From positions 150,001 to 182,000 of the forward strand of contig NC_004460.2 of the NCBI RefSeq assembly GCF_000039765.1: a stretch of DNA of 32,000 nucleotides, given 5' to 3'. Numbering within the stretch: position 1 is the stretch's first letter; every line of letters begins with the position of its first letter. This stretch comes from Vibrio vulnificus CMCP6. GTDB lineage: Bacteria; Pseudomonadota; Gammaproteobacteria; Enterobacterales; Vibrionaceae. The notes below the pieces were generated by a model that saw nothing but the letters and a program-made list of their open reading frames with translations, was not told the DNA's origin and searched no databases. A program made the position numbers and the translations under genes. Below are positions 9,574 to 18,366 of the stretch, piece after piece.

Positions 9574-11568
9574 TTAATTCTGAGTTTCTTCTACCACGGG
9601 TAATTCAGCGAATACTTGGGTAGGTTTCGCAACCAGGCTTCTGTTCTCCTGGTTAACGTCAGCTAACACGACTTCAAGAACGTCTCCCAGTTTGTATACC
9701 ACTTCTTTATCGATAGAAACAGTACCTAGGTCACCATTGCACTCAATTCTTTCTTTATTATCAATAATAAGAGAACCAGGGATGAATGCCGCAGCGCCAT
9801 TCTCAAGTAAACGGATGCGCATACCAGCACGGTTAATATCGAAGATTTCACCGGTAAACAGCGTTTGATTTTCTGGAGCGTCTGCTAGAGTGCGAGCATA
9901 CAGCCAGTCTGCAACATTACGTTCTGCAATTTTGTGATGCTTGCGGTGTAGAGCAAGCTCTTCGCCGACACTATCATCCGGTTTTTGCACAGGCTCTTTG
10001 TTTAGAATTAAAGCCTTAAGCATACGATGGTTGATCATATCGCCATATTTACGAATTGGAGACGTCCAAGTTGCGTAGATATCAAGGCCCATCGCATAGT
10101 GTGGCAAAGGCTGGTTGCTCACTTCACTGTAGGTTTGGAATTTGCGAATGCGGTTATCAAGATAAGTCGTTTCTTGTTTACTTAACCAGCGGCGGAGTGC
10201 AGCAAAACCTTCACGAGTGGCAATCGACTCAGCCGTGAACTCCAACGTACCTTCTGGGTTAACCAGCTCCACAACATCGGCAATCTTCTCTGGCTTGAAG
10301 CCTGCATGGCAGTTAAATACGCCGGTGCCGAAATGGCCTTGCAGCGTTTTACCCGCGCAAATGTTGGCTGTGATCATCGACTCTTCAACCAAGCGGTTTG
10401 CGCTGCGGCGCATGTCAGCGTGAATCGCAACGACATCGTTATCTTCACTCAACTCAAAACGGTAATCAGGACGATCTGGGAAGACTACCGCATTCTTCTC
10501 TCGCCATTCTGCGCGAGCTTGTGAGAATTCATACAGGTCACGCACGATAGCCGCAATTTCTTCGCTTGGCTGCCATTTTTCACAGCTGCCTGTTTCGAGC
10601 CAGTCGGAGACATTGTCATACGCCAAACGGGCGTGCGACTTGATGTTTGCCGCAAAGAACTGGATATCATCGCCAATCACGCCGTCTTTACTGACGGTGA
10701 CTGTGCAGCAAAGGGCAGGGCGGATTTCACCTTCGATTAGCGAACACAGTTCATCAGCAAGGTCACGAGGCAGCATTGGGATATTGCGTCCTGGAAGATA
10801 AATGGTAAAGCCACGCTCACGTGCAACCTTGTCCATTTCATCATCTGGTGTGATGTAAGCGGTTGGATCGGCAATGGCAATCGTCAATTCAAAATCGCCA
10901 GCGTCGTTTTTCTTCGCGTAAAGCGCATCGTCCATGTCTTTTGTGGACTCACCATCGATGGTCACAAAAGGGATATGCGTCATGTCGATACGTTCAAGAT
11001 CCGCATCATCTTTAATTTGCCAATCGTCGATACCGGCAGGCTCAGAGTTAGGTAGATCGTTTTCCGCCAGCGTTACCCACCAAGGTGCGATCTTGTCATC
11101 GGCATCGGTAATTTTTTCGCTGATTTCCACGAAGAAACCGTTGTCATCTTTTAGTGGGTGACGGATCAAATGGCCGACAACCCAGTCGCCTTCAGCAAAT
11201 TCTTGAGGGTTAAGACCTTTCTTCGTTTTGGCTTTGAGAGACATCTTCTTCAGTTGCGGATGATCAGGAACAACATTCAATTTTCCTTTGAACATTTTCA
11301 CACGACCGATGAAGCGATTTAGCATCTGCTCAACAAGCTCTTGTGGCTCGGCAACTTCGCGTTCGTTTTCGGTGCGGATAATGGCGATCACCTTATCACC
11401 GTGCATACATTTCTTCATGTAGGCTGGTGGAATAAAGAAACTTGTCTTGCTATCGACTTCGAGAAAGCCAAAACCTTTTTCGGTTGCTTTAATCGTGCCT
11501 TCTTTCTTTGGCAGATTTTCCTGAATTTGTTGCTTAAGCTGGGCTAAAAGTGGGTTATCTTGAAACAT
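9574..11568 (-). CDS. rnb: Exoribonuclease II
   Basis: [16 protein letters not shown]...[22 protein letters not shown] closely matches E. coli RNase II as remembered. The RNB catalytic region [41 protein letters not shown] is present. The start is chosen at MFQDN, not the 11610 ORF start. Confidence 0.95.
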   Translation of the reverse strand: MFQDNPLLAQLKQQIQENLPKKEGTIKATEKGFGFLEVDSKTSFFIPPAYMKKCMHGDKVIAIIRTENEREVAEPQELVEQMLNRFIGRVKMFKGKLNVVPDHPQLKKMSLKAKTKKGLNPQEFAEGDWVVGHLIRHPLKDDNGFFVEISEKITDADDKIAPWWVTLAENDLPNSEPAGIDDWQIKDDADLERIDMTHIPFVTIDGESTKDMDDALYAKKNDAGDFELTIAIADPTAYITPDDEMDKVARERGFTIYLPGRNIPMLPRDLADELCSLIEGEIRPALCCTVTVSKDGVIGDDIQFFAANIKSHARLAYDNVSDWLETGSCEKWQPSEEIAAIVRDLYEFSQARAEWREKNAVVFPDRPDYRFELSEDNDVVAIHADMRRSANRLVEESMITANICAGKTLQGHFGTGVFNCHAGFKPEKIADVVELVNPEGTLEFTAESIATREGFAALRRWLSKQETTYLDNRIRKFQTYSEVSNQPLPHYAMGLDIYATWTSPIRKYGDMINHRMLKALILNKEPVQKPDDSVGEELALHRKHHKIAERNVADWLYARTLADAPENQTLFTGEIFDINRAGMRIRLLENGAAAFIPGSLIIDNKERIECNGDLGTVSIDKEVVYKLGDVLEVVLADVNQENRSLVAKPTQVFAELPVVEETQN

Positions 11569-11908
11569 CTTTACTAAACTTATGTTTGAAATTGGGCACA
11601 CTATAATCATTGCGCCGCGTTATTGCTACCAAAACCCGGTTTAATCCCCCAGCCTCGATAAAAATTGTGCAAATTATATTCGTCTTGAAGCCTTGTTTTT
11701 CGGGGGCTGAGCGAGTAGCAAGCGTATGTGAAGAGAATTCAAAGAAATAATTGTGATGAAATTCAATTTTTTCTGGCTTTTTTTATGCTTTTAGGGAATA
11801 ATCCGCCTCCCTTAAGTCGTCCCCAATGGCTTGTAGCGTTTTAGTACTGTGTTGCTTTGAATTAAAAAGCAGCATCTGAATGGACCAGTATCGAATGAGA
11901 AGAGCTTG

Positions 11909-11945
11909 TGGGACCCATTTTTACAATTAATACAGTAGGATCCCA
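11909..11945 (+). promoter_or_regulatory. Candidate translation-control hairpin over the deaD Shine-Dalgarno
   Basis: TGGGACC (11909-11915) can pair with GG(A)TCCCA (11938-11945) with one bulged A. This encloses most of AGGA (11937-11940) directly before ATG 11946. Confidence 0.35.
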
Positions 11946-13871
11946 ATGCAAGATTCTGTAATTCAATTCAGTGATTTAGAGCTGAATGATGCTATCCTTT
12001 CCGCTCTTGATGGTATGGGCTTTGTTTCTCCAACACCGATTCAAGCAGCTGCGATTCCTCATCTATTACAAGGTGTGGATGCGCTAGGTAAAGCACAAAC
12101 GGGTACGGGCAAAACGGCAGCATTTTCTCTGCCTCTTCTCAACAAACTTGATCTCGCACAGCGTAAACCTCAAGCAATCGTACTGGCTCCAACGCGTGAG
12201 CTAGCGATCCAGGTTGCGGCAGAGATGAAAAACCTTGGTCAAAACATCCGTGGTTTGAAAGTGCTAGAGATCTACGGTGGTGCATCTATCGTTGATCAAA
12301 TGCGTGCTCTTAAGAATGGCGCTCACGTTATCGTGGGTACTCCGGGCCGTGTTCAAGACCTTATCAACCGCGAGCGCCTAGACTTAGGTGAAGTGCATAC
12401 TTTCGTTCTTGATGAAGCAGACGAAATGCTAAACATGGGTTTCGTTGACGATGTAACGGAAATCATGGAGCACGCTCCATCATCTGCGCAACGCGTACTG
12501 TTCTCTGCAACTATGCCTCCAATGCTGAAAAACATTGTTGAGCGCTTCTTGCGTGATCCAGTCACTGTCGACGTTGCAGGTAAAAACCACACTGTAGATA
12601 AAGTTGCACAGCAATTCTGGGTTGTTAAAGGCGTAGAAAAAGATGAAGCAATGTCTCGTCTTCTAGAAACAGAAGAGACAGATGCATCAATCGTATTCGT
12701 ACGTACTCGTCAAGATACTGAGCGTCTAGCGGATTGGCTATGTGCACGCGGCTTCAAAGCAGCAGCACTACACGGTGATATTCCTCAGTCTCTACGTGAG
12801 CGCACAGTTGATCACATCAAACAAGGTGTTATCGATATTCTTGTTGCGACAGACGTTGTTGCTCGTGGTCTAGACGTGCCACGTATTACTCACGTGTTTA
12901 ACTACGACATCCCATTCGATGTTGAGTCATACATCCACCGTATCGGTCGTACTGGCCGTGCAGGACGTCAAGGTAAAGCGATCCTTCTTGTTCGCACTAA
13001 CCAAATTCGTATGCTTCGTACTATCGAGCGTGTTACTAAGTCTTCTATGGAAGAGATCCAACTGCCACTTCGTGACAAAGTTGCAGCAGCGCGTCTAGAT
13101 AAACTTGCCGCTGAGCTTCAAGCTGACATCGAGCATAAAGCGCTTGATAAGTTCGCAGAGCTGATAGAAAAACTAGAAGAGCGTCTAGAGATCGACTCAA
13201 GCGTTCTAGCGGCGATTCTATTGAAGCGTCAGCAAGGCAAACGTCCGCTATTCTACATTGGCGAAGACCCAATGATCGAAGCGATTGAGCGCGATAAGCA
13301 AAACCGTCGTGAGCGTCGTGAAAATCGTGACAATGGCGGTCGTCGTGAAAGCTTTAACAGCAACCAAGATTGGGATACTTACCAACTTCAAGTTGGCCGT
13401 GAGCAAGGTGTTCAAGTGAAAGACATCGTAGGCGCACTGGCAAACGAACTTGGCTTAGGTAAAGGTTCAATTGGTGCAATCAAACTGGCTCAAGAGCACA
13501 CGTTTGTTCAGCTACCAAAAGCGATGAGCACACAAGCTGCAAGCAAACTTCGTAAACTGCGTATTCGTCAGAAAGAAGTGGGTGCCGTTGTTTGTGATTT
13601 CAACGATTTCAACGAAAACCGTGGTCGTCGTGATGGGGCTCGCCGTGAAGGTGGTTTCCGCGAAGGCGGTCGTCGTGAAGGCGGCTACCGTGGCAATCGC
13701 GAAGGTGGTCGTGAAGGTGGCTACCGCGGTAACCGTGAAGGTGGTCGCGAAGGTGGTTTCCGTGGTAACCGTGACGGTGAGCGTCGTTTTGACCGCAATC
13801 GTGGTGGTGATCACCGTGGTAACCATCGTGGTGAACGTGGTCACGGTCGTCCACGTCGCAACGAAGACTAA
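11946..13871 (+). CDS. deaD: DEAD-box ATP-dependent RNA helicase, DeaD/CsdA type
   Basis: AQTGTGKT, PTRELA, GTPGR, DEAD, SAT, HGDIPQ, ATDVVARGLDVP and HRIGRTGRAG motifs; DbpA-like RNA-binding region (AIKLAQEHTFVQLP); Arg/Gly-rich C-terminus. Confidence 0.95.
   Translation: MQDSVIQFSDLELNDAILSALDGMGFVSPTPIQAAAIPHLLQGVDALGKAQTGTGKTAAFSLPLLNKLDLAQRKPQAIVLAPTRELAIQVAAEMKNLGQNIRGLKVLEIYGGASIVDQMRALKNGAHVIVGTPGRVQDLINRERLDLGEVHTFVLDEADEMLNMGFVDDVTEIMEHAPSSAQRVLFSATMPPMLKNIVERFLRDPVTVDVAGKNHTVDKVAQQFWVVKGVEKDEAMSRLLETEETDASIVFVRTRQDTERLADWLCARGFKAAALHGDIPQSLRERTVDHIKQGVIDILVATDVVARGLDVPRITHVFNYDIPFDVESYIHRIGRTGRAGRQGKAILLVRTNQIRMLRTIERVTKSSMEEIQLPLRDKVAAARLDKLAAELQADIEHKALDKFAELIEKLEERLEIDSSVLAAILLKRQQGKRPLFYIGEDPMIEAIERDKQNRRERRENRDNGGRRESFNSNQDWDTYQLQVGREQGVQVKDIVGALANELGLGKGSIGAIKLAQEHTFVQLPKAMSTQAASKLRKLRIRQKEVGAVVCDFNDFNENRGRRDGARREGGFREGGRREGGYRGNREGGREGGYRGNREGGREGGFRGNRDGERRFDRNRGGDHRGNHRGERGHGRPRRNED
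13662..13769 (+). repeat. In-gene tandem repeat encoding REGGREGGYRGN
   Basis: Two consecutive 36-nt units (13698-13733, 13734-13769) encode REGGREGG(Y)RGN and REGGREGG(F)RGN. A related degenerate unit precedes them. Confidence 0.85.
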
Positions 13872-13888
13872 TCCAATACGATTTAAAG

Positions 13889-13916
13889 AAAGCCGGGTGA
13901 TAACCCGGTTTTTTTT
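13889..13916 (+). terminator. Rho-independent terminator downstream of deaD
   Basis: CCGGGT-GATA-ACCCGG followed by an eight-to-ten T run. Confidence 0.85.
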
Positions 13917-14212
13917 CGCTCAAATTTTCAAAAAACCGAACCATTATGGGATTAAGTGAATAACATTGCTATAAGTTGAGGGCGATGAATGCTTATAACA
14001 TATGATGTCATTTGCACGATGGCTATATAATTTTTCGCTTCAAATAAAATCAAAAATTGCGGTAGATCAACAAAAAAGTCGTGACCTAAATAATTGAACT
14101 AAAAGATAGTTGAAAGATTCAAAAATTATTGAATAATGGTTTCAACAATGAATGAACATCGCGCCTTGGCGTCGGTCCCTTATATTCCGCTCCACAACAG
14201 GAAATAAACTTA

Positions 14213-15406
14213 ATGTCTAATTCGTTCGTATTGGTTATCAACTCGGGTAGCTCTTCTCTCAAGTTTGCAGTTATTAACTCTGTCACTGGTGAAGCCGTGT
14301 TGAGTGGCTTGGGTGAGTGTTTCGGTCTTGAAGATGCTCGCATGGGCTGGAAATACTCTGGCGAAAAAACTGAGATTGCCATTGAAGGTGAAGATAACCA
14401 CCACAAAATCGCTATCGGCAAACTGGTTGGTTTGACTGAAGAATTAGGTTTGACGAAAGATATCGTTGCTGTAGGGCACCGAATTGTACACGGTGGTGAG
14501 AAGTTCACATCGACAGTACGTATTAATGAAGAAGTGACGGCAGAGATCGAGAAGCTTGCCGATCTTGCTCCACTGCATAACCCTGCGGGTGCTATCGGTA
14601 TTCGTGCGGCGATGGAAGCCTTTCCTGCACTTCCTCAGTTTGCTGTGTTTGATACCGCTTTCCACCAAACTATGCCAAAGCGCGCGTTTACAGGCGCTAT
14701 TGCGAACGAGCTGTACACGGATTTCGGCATTCGTCGCTACGGTTTCCATGGCACCAGCCACTACTTCGTAAGTCGTGAAGCAGCGAAAATGCTGAACAAG
14801 CCAATTGAAGAGTCTAGCTTCATCTCTGTACACCTTGGCAATGGTGCTTCAGTGTGTGCGATTAACAATGGTGAATCTGTCGATACATCTATGGGCTTCA
14901 CGCCACTTTCTGGCCTCATGATGGGTACCCGTTGTGGCGACCTAGACCCTGGCATCATTGAATACCTACTTAAGAAAGGTTGGTCTCAAGAGAAAGTGTT
15001 CAACTCGCTAAATAAAGCCTCTGGCTTCTTAGGTGTATCCGGCCTAACTAGCGACGCTCGTGGCATTTTAGAAGCGATGGAACAGGGCCACGAAGGCGCG
15101 ACGCTGGCATTCCAAGTGTTCACCTACCGTGTCGCGAAATACATTGCGTCATACCTAGCTGCGCTAGATTCTTTTGACGGCATCATCTTCACTGGCGGCA
15201 TTGGTGAAAACTCACTACCAATTCGTCGTGAGATCCTTAAGAATCTGAAACTTCTTGGTTTTGTTGAAGATGAAAAAGGCAACGAAGATGCTCGTTTCGG
15301 TAACGCAGGGGTGATTGCAACATCGGCATTGCTAAACGCAGTGGCGATGGTTATTCCAACCAACGAAGAATTCGTGATAGCCCAGCAGTCGGTTGAGTTG
15401 CTGTAA
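14213..15406 (+). CDS. ackA: Acetate kinase, stand-alone (no adjacent pta)
   Basis: MSNSFVLVINSGSSSLKFAVIN, GHRIVHGGEKF, FDTAFH, RRYGFHGTSHYFV, HLGNGASVCAI, FTGGIGENS. Confidence 0.95.
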   Translation: MSNSFVLVINSGSSSLKFAVINSVTGEAVLSGLGECFGLEDARMGWKYSGEKTEIAIEGEDNHHKIAIGKLVGLTEELGLTKDIVAVGHRIVHGGEKFTSTVRINEEVTAEIEKLADLAPLHNPAGAIGIRAAMEAFPALPQFAVFDTAFHQTMPKRAFTGAIANELYTDFGIRRYGFHGTSHYFVSREAAKMLNKPIEESSFISVHLGNGASVCAINNGESVDTSMGFTPLSGLMMGTRCGDLDPGIIEYLLKKGWSQEKVFNSLNKASGFLGVSGLTSDARGILEAMEQGHEGATLAFQVFTYRVAKYIASYLAALDSFDGIIFTGGIGENSLPIRREILKNLKLLGFVEDEKGNEDARFGNAGVIATSALLNAVAMVIPTNEEFVIAQQSVELL

Positions 15407-15431
15407 TGACAGCTCTCTACTGCTGAATGAT

Positions 15432-15465
15432 AGGCCCAGTTACTTGAGTGACTGGGCCTTTTTGT
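15432..15465 (+). terminator. Rho-independent terminator downstream of ackA
   Basis: AGGCCCAGT...ACTGGGCCT stem followed by TTTTTG. Confidence 0.85.
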
Positions 15466-15491
15466 TTCGCTCCACTATTCCCCATACAACG

Positions 15492-15517
15492 AAAAAGCCG
15501 CTCACGTTGGAGCGGCT
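15492..15517 (-). terminator. Rho-independent terminator downstream of the minus-strand sulfatase
   Basis: AGCCGCTC (15496-15503) / GAGCGGCT (15510-15517). Read on the minus strand, the stem is followed by TTTTTC. Confidence 0.75.
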
Positions 15518-15537
15518 GATAGAGAGGGGAGATAAGG

Positions 15538-17103
15538 TTACTTGATTTTCTGCACTTCTTTTTGCAGTTGCTCAAGTTGCTTCATCTTTCCTTGCAAACC
15601 CAGTGATTGATAGCTGATGGACGCAGGGTTCATCGTTTCACCTTGTTGCATTGGGTAATCAGGCAATGTTTTGAAGAAATCCCCAATAACGTCTTGAACG
15701 GGTACAAACAACCACATGTTGTCTGCCATCCAACGTAGGTACATGCCCGATTCGTGTGGCGCTTTCTCAAATGGGTCTGCACGCAAGTGGATGATTTGAG
15801 GCCAGTTTGGAGAGAAGCGAATCGCGTTTGAAATATCGCCTTCCATTACCGCAAAGTTTAGCTTCCAATCGTTCCAACGAATGGCGTTCAGTTCACCGTT
15901 AGCCGTGAAGTAAAGAAGCGATTCGCGTGGGGCTTTCTTCTCTTTGCCTTCGAAATAAGGCTTAAAGTTATAGCCATCGATATGAACACGCCACTCTTTA
16001 CCGTTCGCTTTATAGCCTTTGGCGAGTTTCTCTTTCACATTCGGTACACCTGCGGCTGCCATTAAGGTTGGCAACCAGTCTTGGTGGGCCATCATGTCGT
16101 TGATTTTGGTTCCTGGCTTGATGACACCAGGCCAACGGACAAGTTGAGGAACACGCATACCGCCTTCCCAAGTTGTCCCTTTTTCGCCATAAAATGGTGT
16201 TGCGCCGCCATCAGGCCATGTCACGGTTTCTGCACCGTTGTCGGTTGAATAGATAACAATCGTGTTGTCAGCAACACCCAGTTCGTCGAGCTTATCGAGT
16301 AGGATGCCCACTTGGTCATCGTGCTCCAACATGCCATCTGCGTAAATACTCACGCCCGATTTACCTTGGTACTTCTCTTGAAGGCGCGTCCACACATGCA
16401 TGCGCGTGGTGTTGTGCCAAATGAAGAACGGCTTGTCGGCTTTTACCGCTTTTTCCATGAAGGCGAGCGAGGATTCCAAGAACTCTTCGTCTGCGTGTTC
16501 CATACGTTTACGCGTCATTGGACCGGTGTCTTCAATTTTGCCGTCAGCATAAGATTTGATCACGCCACGAGGGCCGTAGTTTTTGCGGAACTCAGGATCT
16601 TTTGGATAGTAGTAAGTCTCTGGCTCTTCTTCGGCATTGAGGTGGTATAGGTTGCCAAAGAACTCGTCAAACCCGTGATTGGTTGGCAGGTGTTGGTCTT
16701 GATCGCCTAAATGGTTTTTGCCGAACTGCGCGGTCATGTAGCCTTGCTCTTTCAACAAATCTGCAATGGTGGGTGCCCAATCAGGAATGCCGTGTTTTGA
16801 GCCGGGCATACCGATGGTTAACAGCCCTGTTCTAAACGGCTCTTGGCCAGTAATGAAAGAGGCACGGCCAGCGGTACAAGATTGCTGACCATAGTGATCG
16901 GTGAACAGTGCGCCTTCGTTGGCGATGCGGTCAATGTTCGGCGTTTGATAGCCCATCATGCCTTGGTTATAGGCGCTGATGTTCCAGTAACCAACATCGT
17001 CGCCAAAAATGGCCAGAATATTTGGCTTGTCTGCAGCTGCAGCGGCACCAGAGGTTGCAAGAACACCAATACCGATCGCCAGTTTGCTTATTTGGTTTGC
17101 CAT
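15538..17103 (-). CDS. Exported type I sulfatase, Cys-type (CTAGR)
   Basis: Signal peptide MANQISKLAIGIGVLATSGAAAAADKPNIL, metal site FGDDVGYWN, sulfatase signature GQQSCTAGRASFITGQ. Start chosen at ATG 17103, preceded by GGAG. Confidence 0.93.
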   Translation of the reverse strand: MANQISKLAIGIGVLATSGAAAAADKPNILAIFGDDVGYWNISAYNQGMMGYQTPNIDRIANEGALFTDHYGQQSCTAGRASFITGQEPFRTGLLTIGMPGSKHGIPDWAPTIADLLKEQGYMTAQFGKNHLGDQDQHLPTNHGFDEFFGNLYHLNAEEEPETYYYPKDPEFRKNYGPRGVIKSYADGKIEDTGPMTRKRMEHADEEFLESSLAFMEKAVKADKPFFIWHNTTRMHVWTRLQEKYQGKSGVSIYADGMLEHDDQVGILLDKLDELGVADNTIVIYSTDNGAETVTWPDGGATPFYGEKGTTWEGGMRVPQLVRWPGVIKPGTKINDMMAHQDWLPTLMAAAGVPNVKEKLAKGYKANGKEWRVHIDGYNFKPYFEGKEKKAPRESLLYFTANGELNAIRWNDWKLNFAVMEGDISNAIRFSPNWPQIIHLRADPFEKAPHESGMYLRWMADNMWLFVPVQDVIGDFFKTLPDYPMQQGETMNPASISYQSLGLQGKMKQLEQLQKEVQKIK

Positions 17104-17208
17104 AGAAACTCCAATAAGGGGTAGAGGAAGCAGAAAAACGAGGTTTTCCTGCATTAAGATGGCTAATAAGCTAATGATGTGGCTGGAAATTGTCGCTTTA
17201 TAGTCAAT

Positions 17209-17223
17209 ATAACCAATGGTTAT
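17209..17223. promoter_or_regulatory. Candidate LysR-type operator upstream of the Cys-type sulfatase
   Basis: ATAACCAATGGTTAT, a palindrome with T-N11-A geometry, about 105 bp upstream of the start codon. Confidence 0.45.
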
Positions 17224-17374
17224 GCGAAGCGCTTGACGCCTTCATCGACAAGGAGAGCGGTGGAATGCCGTGCCGATCGCTATGATGAAAAATGAACGCT
17301 CAATCACGTTTTCACAACCGGGTGGTGTCAGCCTAAATGAGCGTCGAAAGCGGCTGTGATTTCGACGCTTGTGT

Positions 17375-18244
17375 TTATAGTTCGATGGGATGGGCGTGCG
17401 CTTGTTCGAGTTGCGCTTTTATCTTCTCTCTCAACCTCTGGTGAGCAGGGTTGTTTAGCTCGCGCTTATGATAAATGAACTTATAGGGAATCAGGCTAAT
17501 AGCAATTGGGCAATCGAGAATTTGCAGTTTCAGCGCCTTACTCCATTTTAAGGCAAACGAACGAGAGACCACGCCGAGGCAATCTCGTTGGGCGACATAG
17601 AGTGCCATACTCGACAGTGACGTCGTCACAATCTCAACAATCCGCTCTTCAATAGGTTCGTTGGCGAGCTGCTCAAACCCTGTGGTGTTGTTCCATTTGC
17701 CAGAAAACAGACAATGGCTCTCTTGATAAAACTGGGCTTTGCTAAGTTGTCCTTGAATACGAGGGTGGCCCTGACGGCAAATGACGACAGCGGGCTCTTG
17801 GTAGGCGTTCTCGATCACGAAAGAGGAATCTTTGGTGATGACGGTATCTATGATGAGATCCATTTTCTGCTGGCGGATTTGTTCAAACAGCAAATATTTT
17901 TCCGGTGGAGATTCGTGGAACACGGTATGTTCTATCGGCGTTAGGCTATGCAAAAGAGTTTCAGAGCAACAGACTTGGAAAGCGGAACGCTCAGAAATTG
18001 CGTTGTCTACGATACTGATGGCTTGATGGAATTTAGGGATCAGTTGATAAGCCGAAGCGGTCGGCTCGATGCCGCGTCCTTTCTTAACGAACAACTGTTT
18101 ATTGACCACCTTTTCTAAGCGTTTAATGGAAGCGCTCACCGCCGGTTGAGTTAAGCCCAAATGATCGGCGGCTTTGGTGTAGGACTGATATTCCGCGACC
18201 ACCAAAAAGGTCTGAATTAAGTTGAGATCCATAGTATTACTCAT
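17375..18244 (-). CDS. LysR-family transcriptional regulator
   Basis: N-terminal helix-turn-helix MDLNLIQTFLVVAEYQSYTKAADHLGLTQPAVSASIKRLEKVVNKQLFVKKGRGIEPT. Divergent from the Ser-type sulfatase. Confidence 0.93.
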   Translation of the reverse strand: MSNTMDLNLIQTFLVVAEYQSYTKAADHLGLTQPAVSASIKRLEKVVNKQLFVKKGRGIEPTASAYQLIPKFHQAISIVDNAISERSAFQVCCSETLLHSLTPIEHTVFHESPPEKYLLFEQIRQQKMDLIIDTVITKDSSFVIENAYQEPAVVICRQGHPRIQGQLSKAQFYQESHCLFSGKWNNTTGFEQLANEPIEERIVEIVTTSLSSMALYVAQRDCLGVVSRSFALKWSKALKLQILDCPIAISLIPYKFIYHKRELNNPAHQRLREKIKAQLEQAHAHPIEL

Positions 18245-18257
18245 AAATCAGATTTAT

Positions 18258-18295
18258 GTTAAAGCGAATTTTAACTCTATTTATCCGCAAGATAA
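18258..18295. promoter_or_regulatory. Two adjacent inverted repeats in the LysR/sulfatase divergent region
   Basis: GTTAAA-GCGAAT-TTTAAC (18258-18275) and TTATC-CGCAA-GATAA (18281-18295); the second has T-N11-A geometry. Confidence 0.4.
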
Positions 18296-18366
18296 CAATA
18301 TTTATATTAATTAAATCTTTGTTTTGTCCAAAACGTGTCAACAACCAGCGGAGTAATGGAGTTTTT

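Noticed and set aside
13512-13959. Thr/Val-rich ORFs antisense or out of frame to deaD (13512..13844, 13609..13944, 13582..13959)
   Set aside because: Low-complexity sequences such as TTTFATTFTVTAVATFTT are the expected shadow of the Arg/Gly-rich repeats in the true frame.
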